This document shows, in pieces, positions 30,099-39,564 of a stretch of DNA of 64,000 nucleotides; within the stretch, counting starts at the first letter, position 1, and every line of letters starts with the position of its first letter. The notes under the pieces were generated by a model. That model did not search any database and had not been told where the DNA came from. It was given only the letters and a program-made list of their open reading frames with translations. The stretch lies in NCBI GenBank assembly GCA_964569295.1, contig CAZMVU010000001.1, positions 151,368 through 215,367 on the forward strand. Reading direction: 5' to 3'. Both the position numbers and the translations under genes were made by a program. This DNA is from an uncultured Nitrospirales bacterium. GTDB lineage: Bacteria > Hydrogenedentota > Hydrogenedentia > Hydrogenedentales > JAGMZX01.

Positions 30099-31335
30099 CG
30101 ATGATTTGATCGAGCGTCTGGCGCTTGCGGATAAGTTGAAAGCCGCCGTCTTTCCTCAGGAGAACCTCAGCGGCTTCCGGGAACGAATTGTAGTTCTTGG
30201 CGCATTGGGAGGCGCAGTAGGCCCCGGCCCCCTCGACCACCACCGCGTCGCCCGGCCGGCACACCGTGAGCATACGCGGGCCGAGCCCCTCCGGGTTGCC
30301 CTTCGCCGGCGTGAGAATATCGCCGCTCTCACAGCAATGCCCCGCCACAAGGTACTCCGCCGTGCCCCCTTCGCCTGTATCGCGCGGCACCACGACAATC
30401 GGGTGAAGCGCGCCGTACATGGCCGGACGCAGCGTCTCCGTCATGCCGGAATCCACCTTGATAAACCGGTAGCCCGCTTCTCCCGTATCGACGACATCGT
30501 GGGCTGTACAAACCAGGGCGCCGGCATTCGCCGTGAGGTACGTGCCCGGCTCGACCTCGAGATGCAGCTTGCGGCCGTGGTCCCGGGCAAAAGCCTCGAA
30601 CTCCGGCACCACGCGCCCTCCGATCTCCTGCACATTCGCCGTTTCTTCGCCGGGCATGCGGGCGACCTTGTAGCCGCCGCCCAGACTGAGCGTACCAACC
30701 TCGGGCAATTCCGCCGCGATCCCGAGCGAGATCTTGGCACAATGCACCCACGTGTCCGGATCGGAGCCGGAACCGATGTGTGTGTGCATACGGGTTATAC
30801 GCAGGTTGTGTTTCTTTCCGATGGCCAACACATCATCGAGGTGCTCATGCCAGATACCGAAGCTCGCCGACGGCCCCCCGACGTTTGTGCGATTCGTGCT
30901 CCCCGAACCGAGGCCGGGATTGATGCGCACACAAACCGCGCTATTCGGCAACAGGCGGCCATAGGTATCGAGCTGGTCCAGCGAACAGGCGTTGAACAAC
31001 ACCCCCAGCCGCACCAGATCACCGAGTTTGCCGGGCAATTCCTGCGCCGTAAGCTGTATACGTTCCGGCGCAACCCCCGCGCGCAACGCCCGCTCCGCCT
31101 CGAACCCGCTCGAGGCGTCGACGTGCAGGCCCTGCGCGTCAAAAAGCCGGAGAATGGCCGCCGTGGGCAGGGCCTTCATCGCATAGCGCACAGTGAGACC
31201 GTAGGCGTTCGGGAAAGCGCGCATCTCCTGCGCGCGGCGCACGAACGTGGCTTCATCATAAACATAAACGGGCGTACCAAAGTGCGCCTGCACATGACGC
31301 ACCTGCTCTTCGGTCATAAACACGAGTTCCTGCAT
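30085..31335 (-). CDS. lysA: Diaminopimelate decarboxylase
   Basis: Full-length PLP fold-III decarboxylase pattern (GTPVYVYD ... YAMKA ... GGGY ... CESGD). Start chosen at the ATG at 31335. Confidence 0.88.
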   Translation of the reverse strand: MQELVFMTEEQVRHVQAHFGTPVYVYDEATFVRRAQEMRAFPNAYGLTVRYAMKALPTAAILRLFDAQGLHVDASSGFEAERALRAGVAPERIQLTAQELPGKLGDLVRLGVLFNACSLDQLDTYGRLLPNSAVCVRINPGLGSGSTNRTNVGGPSASFGIWHEHLDDVLAIGKKHNLRITRMHTHIGSGSDPDTWVHCAKISLGIAAELPEVGTLSLGGGYKVARMPGEETANVQEIGGRVVPEFEAFARDHGRKLHLEVEPGTYLTANAGALVCTAHDVVDTGEAGYRFIKVDSGMTETLRPAMYGALHPIVVVPRDTGEGGTAEYLVAGHCCESGDILTPAKGNPEGLGPRMLTVCRPGDAVVVEGAGAYCASQCAKNYNSFPEAAEVLLRKDGGFQLIRKRQTLDQIIVNEL

Positions 31336-31785
31336 GAACGGGTTCCTTGCTTTGGGTGCAACGTTGCCAGTGATACGTTCCAATACGAGTGAAGCAAACC
31401 AAGGGACTGTGCGCGCGTCCGCGAGCAGATCCCTCTTTGGATCGGCCTCAGGGAAAGACGGGACTCATGGGCAGCCACTCCTGATTGCTTGCTCGTATTT
31501 CCTCTGTGCAGCGCACTTGCGCGCCAATGCAGAAGCTGCTTCCTCTTGTGTTTCTGGTTCGGTTGCCGGCACTGCGGCTGTATGCGCTCAGGAGGGCGCT
31601 AAGGGTAGCATGCCGCCGCGCCCGGTTGCATCTCGCCTGCCCCATGCGCAAGGGCACATTCGGCCCGTTCGTTGTATGCGCGCCGCCGCTGTGCTACGCT
31701 TGGGCTAGGATCGACAAGGAGAGCCCCCGCCCCGTGCCGCTCGCAAACACCACCACGAAACATATGATCCGGAAAGGCCTTTCCC

Positions 31786-33147
31786 ATGCCCAAGGCTAAG
31801 GTCGTCTATGTATGCCAGGAATGCGGCATCACCGTGCCGCGCTGGATGGGCAAGTGTCCCGAGTGCGAGGCATGGAACACGCTTGTAGAAGAACAGGCGC
31901 CGGAGGCGGGCGCCCATGTGCGCGGCTCCTTCGCGACTAACGAGGCGCCCATTCCCATTACGCAAGGCCCGGAGGAAGCGGCGCCGCGCATGACTACCGG
32001 CATCGCGGAGTTCGACCGGGTCATGGGCGGCGGCGTCGTCGATGGATCGATAACGCTCATCGGCGGCGATCCCGGTATCGGCAAGTCCACGCTTATGCTC
32101 CAGGTGGCCCACCGCATTGCCGCACAAGGCATGCGCGTGCTCTACGTCTCCGCGGAGGAATCCTTCGAACAGACGCGTCTGCGCGCACGCCGCCTCCACA
32201 CCCTCCACGACAACCTGCTGCTCTACACCGAGAACAACGTGGGCGCCCTCGTCAAACGGCTGTACAAGGAAGACTTCGCCCTCGTGGTCGTCGATTCGAT
32301 CCAGTCCGTCTACTCGACGCAATTGCCCGGCGTTCCAGGCAGTGTGAGCCAGGTCCGTGAATCCGCAGCCGAGTTTTTGCGTCTAGCCAAGGGAAAGCCG
32401 GTGCCTATCTGCCTCGTGGGACATGTCACCAAGGACGGACAGATCGCGGGACCGCGCCTGTTGGAACACCTCGTGGATGGTACTTTATACTTCGAGGGCG
32501 AAGGCAAACAGGCATTGCGCATCCTTCGGGCGGTCAAGAACCGTTTCGGCTCGACGAACGAGATCGGCGTGTTCGAGATGCGCGAGTCGGGCCTGCACGA
32601 AGTGGCGAACCCGAGCGCGTGGTTCCTCAACGAACGCCCCGACGGCGTGAGCGGCAGCGTCGTGCTGCCGAGCATCGAGGGGAGCCGGCCATTGCTGGTC
32701 GAAGTACAGGCATTGGTGGGCGACAGCCACACGGGCAGCCCGCGGCGCACGGTGACGGGCGTGAACCCGAACCGGGTCTCGCTGCTGCTGGCCGTGCTCG
32801 AAAAACGCGCCGGCCTGCACTTCGCTGATCGCGACGTGTTCGTGAATGTGGCAGGCGGCGCGCGCCTCGAAGAGCCGGCGGCGGATATGGCCGTGGCGCT
32901 CGCGCTGGTATCGAGTTTTCGGGATATGCCCGTGCCGCCGGATGTCGCCGCCTTTGGCGAGGTGGGCCTCGCCGGCGAGATACGCGCGGTAGACCGGGCG
33001 CGGCAACGGGTCGCCGAAGCCGCGAAATTCGGTTTCGCACAGTGTGTTTTGCCCAAAGGGGCAACGGCGGATGTGGCCCCCGGCCCCACGCAGCCGGTGC
33101 CGGTGGCTACCCTGGTAGAAGCGATCGACCTAGTGCTGGAGAGCTGA
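31786..33147 (+). CDS. radA: DNA repair protein RadA (Sms)
   Basis: N-terminal Zn-ribbon (CQECGITVPRWMGKCPECEAWNT), Walker A (GGDPGIGKST), KNRFG motif, and a Lon-like C-terminus. Confidence 0.93.
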   Translation: MPKAKVVYVCQECGITVPRWMGKCPECEAWNTLVEEQAPEAGAHVRGSFATNEAPIPITQGPEEAAPRMTTGIAEFDRVMGGGVVDGSITLIGGDPGIGKSTLMLQVAHRIAAQGMRVLYVSAEESFEQTRLRARRLHTLHDNLLLYTENNVGALVKRLYKEDFALVVVDSIQSVYSTQLPGVPGSVSQVRESAAEFLRLAKGKPVPICLVGHVTKDGQIAGPRLLEHLVDGTLYFEGEGKQALRILRAVKNRFGSTNEIGVFEMRESGLHEVANPSAWFLNERPDGVSGSVVLPSIEGSRPLLVEVQALVGDSHTGSPRRTVTGVNPNRVSLLLAVLEKRAGLHFADRDVFVNVAGGARLEEPAADMAVALALVSSFRDMPVPPDVAAFGEVGLAGEIRAVDRARQRVAEAAKFGFAQCVLPKGATADVAPGPTQPVPVATLVEAIDLVLES

Positions 33148-33148
33148 T

Positions 33149-34231
33149 TTGGCTAAAAAAGGTAAGAAACCGAACGAGGAAGCCTACCGCAAAGCCGTGC
33201 AACTCATCTCGCCGGGCACCCAGGTGCGCGAGGGCATCTCGGCGATTATGCAAAGCGGCACGGGCGCACTCCTGTGCTTCGGGCCGCCCAAGAAGATCGC
33301 CGACCTCTCGGAAGCGGGCGTCAAGGTGGATGCCAAACTCACCCCGCAGCTCCTCTATGAACTCTCGAAAATGGACGGCGCGCTCCTCCTCAACGAAGAC
33401 GGCAGCCGCATCATTTACGCGAACCGCTTCCTCAAGCCCGATGCCACCATCCCCTCACGGGAAACGGGTACCCGCCACCGCGCGGCCGAGCGCCTGGCGC
33501 GTCAGGCCAGTTGCACCGTTATCGCCGTGTCGCAGCGCCGCTCGAGCCTCACTCTCTATGTGCACGACATTCGCCATGTCATGGACTCGATCCCGACGCT
33601 GCTGAACAAGGCGCAGCAGGCCATCCAGACCCTCGAGAAGTACACCTCCGTGCTGCGCCAAACCATGCACGAGCTCAGTGTGCGCGAATTTCAGGACATT
33701 GTCACCATCTTCGACGTGTGCCGCACCATCCAGCGCATGGAGATGGTCGCGCGCATCGCCACAGAAATCGAGCCCTATGTGCTCGAACTGGGCACGGAAG
33801 GCCGCCTTATCAACCTTCAGGTTCAGGAAATGCTCCAGCCCCTGGGCGAGGCCAAACTCGTTGTGCGCGATTACTACCGCGACAAGCAGGAGGGCGGTTA
33901 CGAGGGAGCCTTGCAGCGGATCCACGAGATGCCCGAGGATGAACTGCTGAATCTCAACAGCATCAGCGCGATCCTCGGATACGGCGCCAACATGCGCAAT
34001 GTCGACACCTACCTTACGCCCCGCGGTTACCGCGTACTCATGGGCACGCACCGGCTGTCGCCGCAGATTATCGAAAACCTGGTGCAGCGTTTTGGCTCAC
34101 TCCAGCAGCTCGTGCGGGCGCCGAAAGACGAACTCGTGGCGGTCGAGGGCGTCGGCGAGGTGCTGGCTGAACGCGTGCGCGTGAGCCTCAACCTCCTGCA
34201 CAACCAACTCACCCTCGACGAGCGGAGGTAG
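33149..34231 (+). CDS. disA: DNA integrity scanning protein DisA (diadenylate cyclase)
   Basis: DAC domain (GALL ... DGA ... RHRAA) with a C-terminal HhH region. It starts 1 nt after the radA stop, apparently at a TTG. Confidence 0.85.
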   Translation: MAKKGKKPNEEAYRKAVQLISPGTQVREGISAIMQSGTGALLCFGPPKKIADLSEAGVKVDAKLTPQLLYELSKMDGALLLNEDGSRIIYANRFLKPDATIPSRETGTRHRAAERLARQASCTVIAVSQRRSSLTLYVHDIRHVMDSIPTLLNKAQQAIQTLEKYTSVLRQTMHELSVREFQDIVTIFDVCRTIQRMEMVARIATEIEPYVLELGTEGRLINLQVQEMLQPLGEAKLVVRDYYRDKQEGGYEGALQRIHEMPEDELLNLNSISAILGYGANMRNVDTYLTPRGYRVLMGTHRLSPQIIENLVQRFGSLQQLVRAPKDELVAVEGVGEVLAERVRVSLNLLHNQLTLDERR

Positions 34232-34232
34232 A

Positions 34233-35024
34233 ATGCCGCACATTGCCGATTGCGAAATTCTCTCGCACCATCTCGTGGCGCCCGGCCACTACCGTATGGT
34301 CCTGCGTGCGCCCGAAATCGCCCGCGAAGCACAGGCCGGCCAGTTCTGCATGCTCCAGGTGCAACCCGGGTTCTACCCGTTCCTCCGGCGTCCCATGTGC
34401 TTCGAGCGTATCTTCGACGATAGCATCTCCATTCTCTATAAGGCCGAGGGCGAAGGCACGCGGCTTATGTCGCAACTCACACCCGGTCAGTCCATGAACG
34501 TGCAGGGGCCCCTGGGCAAACCCTTCACCCTGGAGCCGCACTTCAAGCGCCACATCATGGTGGCCGGCGGCATCGGCATCGCGCCGTTTCCCGCGCTCGC
34601 CGAGGCAATCATGGCGCAGTGCGGCATCACCCCGGAAATCATCGTCGCCGCCCGCAACCGCGACCTCATCCTCTGTACCGACGAGTTTCGCGAGATGCGC
34701 GTGAAGGTGCATATCGCCACGGACGACGGCTCCCGCGGGTTCCATGGCTTCGCCTCGGACCTCCTGCACGAACTGAAGCCAGAGCCCGGCACCATCGTAT
34801 ATAGCTGCGGTCCCATGCCCATGATGAAAGCCACCCACCATGTCTGCCAAGCGTTCGGCGTGCCGAATATGGCCTCTCTCGAGGCGGAAATGGCCTGCGG
34901 CGACGGCGTGTGCCTCGGGTGCGTGATCGAGGCAAAGATCGAGGTCGAAGCGGAGCGCATGGTCCGGGTCTGCTGCGACGGGCCGGTCTTCGATTCACAA
35001 CTCATCAACTGGGACGCGTATTAG
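34233..35024 (+). CDS. pyrK: Dihydroorotate dehydrogenase electron-transfer subunit
   Basis: FAD/NAD-binding ferredoxin-reductase fold and a C-terminal 2Fe-2S Cys cluster (CGDGVCLGC ... VC). Confidence 0.88.
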   Translation: MPHIADCEILSHHLVAPGHYRMVLRAPEIAREAQAGQFCMLQVQPGFYPFLRRPMCFERIFDDSISILYKAEGEGTRLMSQLTPGQSMNVQGPLGKPFTLEPHFKRHIMVAGGIGIAPFPALAEAIMAQCGITPEIIVAARNRDLILCTDEFREMRVKVHIATDDGSRGFHGFASDLLHELKPEPGTIVYSCGPMPMMKATHHVCQAFGVPNMASLEAEMACGDGVCLGCVIEAKIEVEAERMVRVCCDGPVFDSQLINWDAY

Positions 35025-35027
35025 GCC

Positions 35028-35960
35028 ATGGACGTGAATCTACAAGTCAACGTGGGCGGCCTGCTGATGAAGAACCCGGTCACCGTCGGCTCGGGGACCT
35101 TCTCTTACGGCCAGGAGTACGACAAGTACTTCGACGTAAGCCAATTAGGCGCCGTGACCACCAAAAGCATCTCGCTCGAACCCCGCGCGGGGAACCGCCC
35201 CCCCCGCCTCGTCGAGACCCCCGCCGGCATGCTGAATGCCATCGGCCTGCAGAACGTGGGCATCGAGGCCTACCTGCGCGATAAGCTCCCCTTCCTGCGC
35301 GGCAAGGGCTGCACCATCATCGCCAATATCTACGGCCACAGCCTCGACGAATACGTCGCGCTGGCAGAGCACATCGACCAGGAAGACGCCGGCGACGCCA
35401 TCGAGGCGAACCTGTCGTGCCCCAACGTACACGACGCCCGCACCGCCCGCGGCTGTACGCTCGTGGCGCAGGACCCGGAACAGGTCAAGGCCTACACCCG
35501 GGCGATCAAGCAGGCCACGAAACTGCCCGTGTTCATCAAGCTGACGCCGAACATCATGGACATTGCCGAGCCGTGCCTCGCGGCGCAGGAAGGCGGCGCC
35601 AATGGCGTGTCGCTCATCAATACGCTGCTGGGAATGGGCGTCAATCCCGAGACCCGCCGGCCTATCCTATCGAACATCGTGGGCGGCCTCAGTGGCCCGG
35701 CCATTCGCCCCGTGGCGGTGAAGATGGTGTGGGACGCCGCGAAAGCACTCGACATACCCATCATCGGTATGGGCGGCATTACGAACGCCGGTGACGCCAT
35801 GCAGTTCATCCTCGCCGGTGCCACCGCCGTCGCCGTGGGCTCCGCCTCCTTCCGTCAACCCGATGCCAGCCTCCAGGTCGTCCACGGCCTCCGCGACTAC
35901 TGCGCTCGCCACGGCATCAGCGACATCAACCATCTGATCGGCGCCATGCGCGTCGAGTGA
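35028..35960 (+). CDS. pyrD: Dihydroorotate dehydrogenase (class 1B) catalytic subunit
   Basis: Full-length match (NPVTVGSGTF ... NLSCPN ... GGI). Confidence 0.92.
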   Translation: MDVNLQVNVGGLLMKNPVTVGSGTFSYGQEYDKYFDVSQLGAVTTKSISLEPRAGNRPPRLVETPAGMLNAIGLQNVGIEAYLRDKLPFLRGKGCTIIANIYGHSLDEYVALAEHIDQEDAGDAIEANLSCPNVHDARTARGCTLVAQDPEQVKAYTRAIKQATKLPVFIKLTPNIMDIAEPCLAAQEGGANGVSLINTLLGMGVNPETRRPILSNIVGGLSGPAIRPVAVKMVWDAAKALDIPIIGMGGITNAGDAMQFILAGATAVAVGSASFRQPDASLQVVHGLRDYCARHGISDINHLIGAMRVE

Positions 35961-36201
35961 CGATCCAAAACATTGTTATTGCGCAGTCTTTTCCAAAACA
36001 TTGGAGCCTAATTCACGAACAGCGAATCCGGACGCGGCTATCATGGAAGATTGCGGCAGGCAGGCCGGGGGCAACCCTTCTTCCCGAAGCGGGGTATCCA
36101 CCTGGCGCAAGTCCGTTTTCGTTTGTGGCCGGTCACGTCTCCGCGCCTGAAATGCGCCAGGCCGAAGGCCTGGGTAAACTGCGGCAAACCAGGCGCCCCG
36201 G

Positions 36202-37062
36202 TCATTGTAACGGTGCAAGCTCGATCTCGTAGACCCGCGGCCAGCGCTTGCCGGTAACAAAGAGCCGGTCCCCTGCCGCATCGTAGGCAATGCCGTTCAG
36301 TACACCAGGACGCTTACCCGGCAACATGGTGTCCAGAATTCCATCGAGATCAATCCACGCGGTAACCGTCCCGTTCTCTGGATCAATGCCCACGATGTAG
36401 TCGCTCTTCCACACGTTTGCAAATACCGTCCCGTCGATGTATTCGAGCTCGTTCAGGTTACTCACCTCATTGCCACGATCATGAACCACGACCATGCGGT
36501 CAACCTCGAATGTGTCGGTGTCACGGAAGTACAGCCGGTGGGACCCATCGCTCATAATGAACTGCGCACCATCATGGGTAAGCCCCCAACCCTCCGTATC
36601 GTAGCTGTACGTGCGCAGCAGGTCGAACGTCTCCCGGTCGTAGACGAATGCGGTGTTCTTCCGCCAGGTAAGCTGCACAATCTCATCAGCCACGACCGTG
36701 AGCCCCTCGCCGAAGTAGCGTGCATCGAGATCGTGCTGTTGCAACACATCGCCCGTTTCCGGCACGGCACGGCGCAAGCTCGACTGGCCGTAGAGCCCGG
36801 TGCTCTCATAGAAGACGCCGTCCACGTATTGCAGGCCCTGGGTGAAGGCGTTTTCATCGTGCGGGTATGCGTTGATAACGGTATATCCGAAAAACTCGGG
36901 TCCGGCCGCCGCAGGTTCACCTTCCCTATCGTCTTCATGTTCCGGTACTGCTTCACTCTCGCCATCCAAGGCGGGGGGATTCTCCGTTTGCGGCGGCGTG
37001 CAGTTTGTCATGGCCACCAAGAGAAACACCAAGATGACCGCCATATACTTCAGTAAATGCAT
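36202..37062 (-). CDS. Glutaminyl-peptide cyclotransferase (plant/bacterial beta-propeller type), secreted
   Basis: Signal peptide, then the Glu_cyclase_2-like pattern (GYTVINAYPHDENAFTQGL ... GLTHDG). Start chosen at the ATG at 37062. Confidence 0.7.
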   Translation of the reverse strand: MHLLKYMAVILVFLLVAMTNCTPPQTENPPALDGESEAVPEHEDDREGEPAAAGPEFFGYTVINAYPHDENAFTQGLQYVDGVFYESTGLYGQSSLRRAVPETGDVLQQHDLDARYFGEGLTVVADEIVQLTWRKNTAFVYDRETFDLLRTYSYDTEGWGLTHDGAQFIMSDGSHRLYFRDTDTFEVDRMVVVHDRGNEVSNLNELEYIDGTVFANVWKSDYIVGIDPENGTVTAWIDLDGILDTMLPGKRPGVLNGIAYDAAGDRLFVTGKRWPRVYEIELAPLQ

Positions 37063-37221
37063 CGTCCTCTCGCAATCTCGCCGGGGCAGGCGGGCAGACG
37101 AGCCGTGCACGCATACCCCAACCCTGCTCCACAGCAAAGAGAGGAACACAACCAAGCGGCCCTTATACGACGTTGGTGCGTTCCGCTCGTGGCTCGCTGC
37201 ACACTGTCCACAGTACTCCTG

Positions 37222-38373
37222 CTACACATGGGCGCCATTATACCAGCACTTCCTTGCCTCACCGGCATAGGCGGCAATAAGCGCCGGGTCAGCGTCGAAA
37301 AAGTGATCGGACGGACTAAGTATATATCCGCCGCCATCGCCCGCGGCCTCGAAACAACGCCGCACTTCGGCGCGGGTTTCTTCCGGCGTACAGTCCTTGA
37401 AAAAGTGGAACTGGTCGAACCCGCCGATCAGGCCCACCTTGCCGCCGATACGCCGCTTCGCCTCCGCGAGGTCCACATCGCCGCCCATACCCACCGGGGT
37501 GAAGGTCTCGAGCGCGTCCGGCCCCATGGCGGCGAGGTCTTCGAGGATGGGCATCATGCCGCCGCAGGTGTGGTAGACCACGCGCTGACCGGCTTCATGG
37601 GCTGCGGCAATGATGGGGGCGTCATAGGGCGCCACGAAGTCGTTGAATATCTGCGGCGAGATTACCGTGGTCGAGGCGTCGCCACCGCCCAGCTCCAGGA
37701 GATCGTAGGGCGCGCCGTGCATGGAGGCGACGTAGTTCAGCTTGCGGTCGCGCAGAATAGCGAGGAACTCGTGCACCCACTGCGGGTCTTCAAAGGCCGC
37801 CATGATCAGTTTCTCGATACCGTACAGACACGCTGCGTCCTGCCAGCAACCGGGTTGGCCGCCGGTGGGAAACATGGGGAACGTGCCGCGGACAAGCCCA
37901 CGCCCGCCAAAGGCGGCGGCATCACGTTGCGCGGCGGGCACGTCGCACACGGGCCACGGCGCGAACTCCGCAAGAATCTCGATGTCCCGCTTCTCCTTGA
38001 TGGGGTACTCGAGCTGCCAGGTGGTGTGCGGATTCTCTTCAGAGACAGTGGTCAGCGTGCCTTTCGGTGTGTGAATGGCCGTGCGCGTGGCGGAACCATG
38101 GCGGCCCTCGGCCGTCTCCTGTTCGTACCACCACTGGTCCGACTCGACCCACTCGGGGACCGTTTCGCTATGGCGTTCGCCGCGCGCAGTATCCGGCCCG
38201 AAGTGAACCGGCCATGTGATCGGGTCCAGTCCGAAGTGGTCGAAGAACGTCTGCTCGCCCATGCCGCCCATGTAGTTATCGAGGAAATACGGCATCACGT
38301 GGTGCGTGGTCACCGGCAGCCGGTCGGGCGTGCGGCGTTCGAGCGCGGCGATGAAACGTTCCTTGGGTGTCAT
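37222..38373 (-). CDS. Uroporphyrinogen-decarboxylase-like (URO-D/MtaA/CmuA family) protein
   Basis: The N-terminus (MTPKERFIAALERRTPDRLPV) and overall length are typical of the URO-D-like family. Its stop overlaps the upstream kinase start by 4 bp. Confidence 0.7.
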   Translation of the reverse strand: MTPKERFIAALERRTPDRLPVTTHHVMPYFLDNYMGGMGEQTFFDHFGLDPITWPVHFGPDTARGERHSETVPEWVESDQWWYEQETAEGRHGSATRTAIHTPKGTLTTVSEENPHTTWQLEYPIKEKRDIEILAEFAPWPVCDVPAAQRDAAAFGGRGLVRGTFPMFPTGGQPGCWQDAACLYGIEKLIMAAFEDPQWVHEFLAILRDRKLNYVASMHGAPYDLLELGGGDASTTVISPQIFNDFVAPYDAPIIAAAHEAGQRVVYHTCGGMMPILEDLAAMGPDALETFTPVGMGGDVDLAEAKRRIGGKVGLIGGFDQFHFFKDCTPEETRAEVRRCFEAAGDGGGYILSPSDHFFDADPALIAAYAGEARKCWYNGAHV

Positions 38374-39560
38374 GGCGTGTCCGCGGGGCCGTGCCAGAGT
38401 TGCGTGTCATTCTGCCACTGCCAGCCCTCGCCGTGAATCTGGGGGTCGATAAGCGGCAGATCATGCGTGAGGAACTGCGCCGTCTTTTCCCAGGGGTGAA
38501 TACCGCTGACGGCGTCGAGCGCCTGCACATTCTGCCAGCCGCAACACGTCGCGTAGCGCAGGGCCGTCTCGATGGGCAGGCCGCGCAGGTAGGCCGCGAG
38601 CAGGCCGGCAATCGAACTGTCGCCGGAGCCGGTGGCGCTGCCAAAGGCGGGCACTTCCCATGCCGGGGCCCAGAGTTCGCGGTGCGTCCAGTTCGCGTTG
38701 TCGCCGGGTTGCGCCGCACCAAGGCTGCCGAGGGCCGGCGCGGTCTTCAAATAGAAGCCACGGTGGCCGGACTTGAGCGCGGCCATCTTCGCGCCCAACC
38801 CGAGGCACTCGTCCGCGAGGTCCGAGTAGCGCGCGGGGGTGATCACGTCGATGAGTTCCGCGCCGCCATGTTCATGCTTCATCGCGAGGAACTCATCGGG
38901 GTGAAGCATGTAGAGCGTTTCTTCGATCGACGGCAGGTAGATATCGACGTGCGGCAGGATGCGCGCGAGAATCTGCCGCCATGGCGCCTTGCCCGCCGGC
39001 GACTCGGGGTCCGGCAGCGCCATGTCGCACGAGGTGGTGGCGCCCGCTGCCTTCGCGAGGCGGAACACCTCGGCCAAGGCTTCGCCCTCATTCTCATACA
39101 TGTGCCGCATGAGCGGCGGATAGCCGAAGTGAAAATGGCGGCACTGCGCAATAAGCTGGGGGTCCAGGTCTTCCGGGCCGAAGCTGTCGTTTGTGCCCGG
39201 GTTGTGCAGGAAGATGCGGTCGATCCCCGGCGGTGCAATGACCACGGTGTAGGAGCTGCCCGCCCCTTCCACCTGGTGTACGCCTTCCGCGTTCCCGGAT
39301 TGATCGAGCAGTTGCGTGGTGAGCCTGCCCAATTCGTCACTGCCGACGCGCGCGCAGAAACTCACCGACGCGCCGAGGGTCTTGAGGTTGATACCGGTGT
39401 TCGACACGGGACCGCCCGTGCTGATCATCGCCTCGCCAACGTTGACCAGTTTGCCGGGGGTCAGAATCTGCGCGATCTCGCGGGCGCCGGTGTCGGGGAA
39501 GCGCGGGATCACGTCGATGCAGACGTGCCCGGCCACCATGATGTCGAATGTGCGGGTCAT
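38370..39560 (-). CDS. PfkB-family carbohydrate kinase
   Basis: Ribokinase-like pattern with a C-terminal anion-hole (GSGDSSIAGLL) and an N-terminal GHVCIDV. It sits 5 nt downstream of the GH38 gene. Confidence 0.8.
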   Translation of the reverse strand: MTRTFDIMVAGHVCIDVIPRFPDTGAREIAQILTPGKLVNVGEAMISTGGPVSNTGINLKTLGASVSFCARVGSDELGRLTTQLLDQSGNAEGVHQVEGAGSSYTVVIAPPGIDRIFLHNPGTNDSFGPEDLDPQLIAQCRHFHFGYPPLMRHMYENEGEALAEVFRLAKAAGATTSCDMALPDPESPAGKAPWRQILARILPHVDIYLPSIEETLYMLHPDEFLAMKHEHGGAELIDVITPARYSDLADECLGLGAKMAALKSGHRGFYLKTAPALGSLGAAQPGDNANWTHRELWAPAWEVPAFGSATGSGDSSIAGLLAAYLRGLPIETALRYATCCGWQNVQALDAVSGIHPWEKTAQFLTHDLPLIDPQIHGEGWQWQNDTQLWHGPADTP

Positions 39561-39564
39561 GGGC

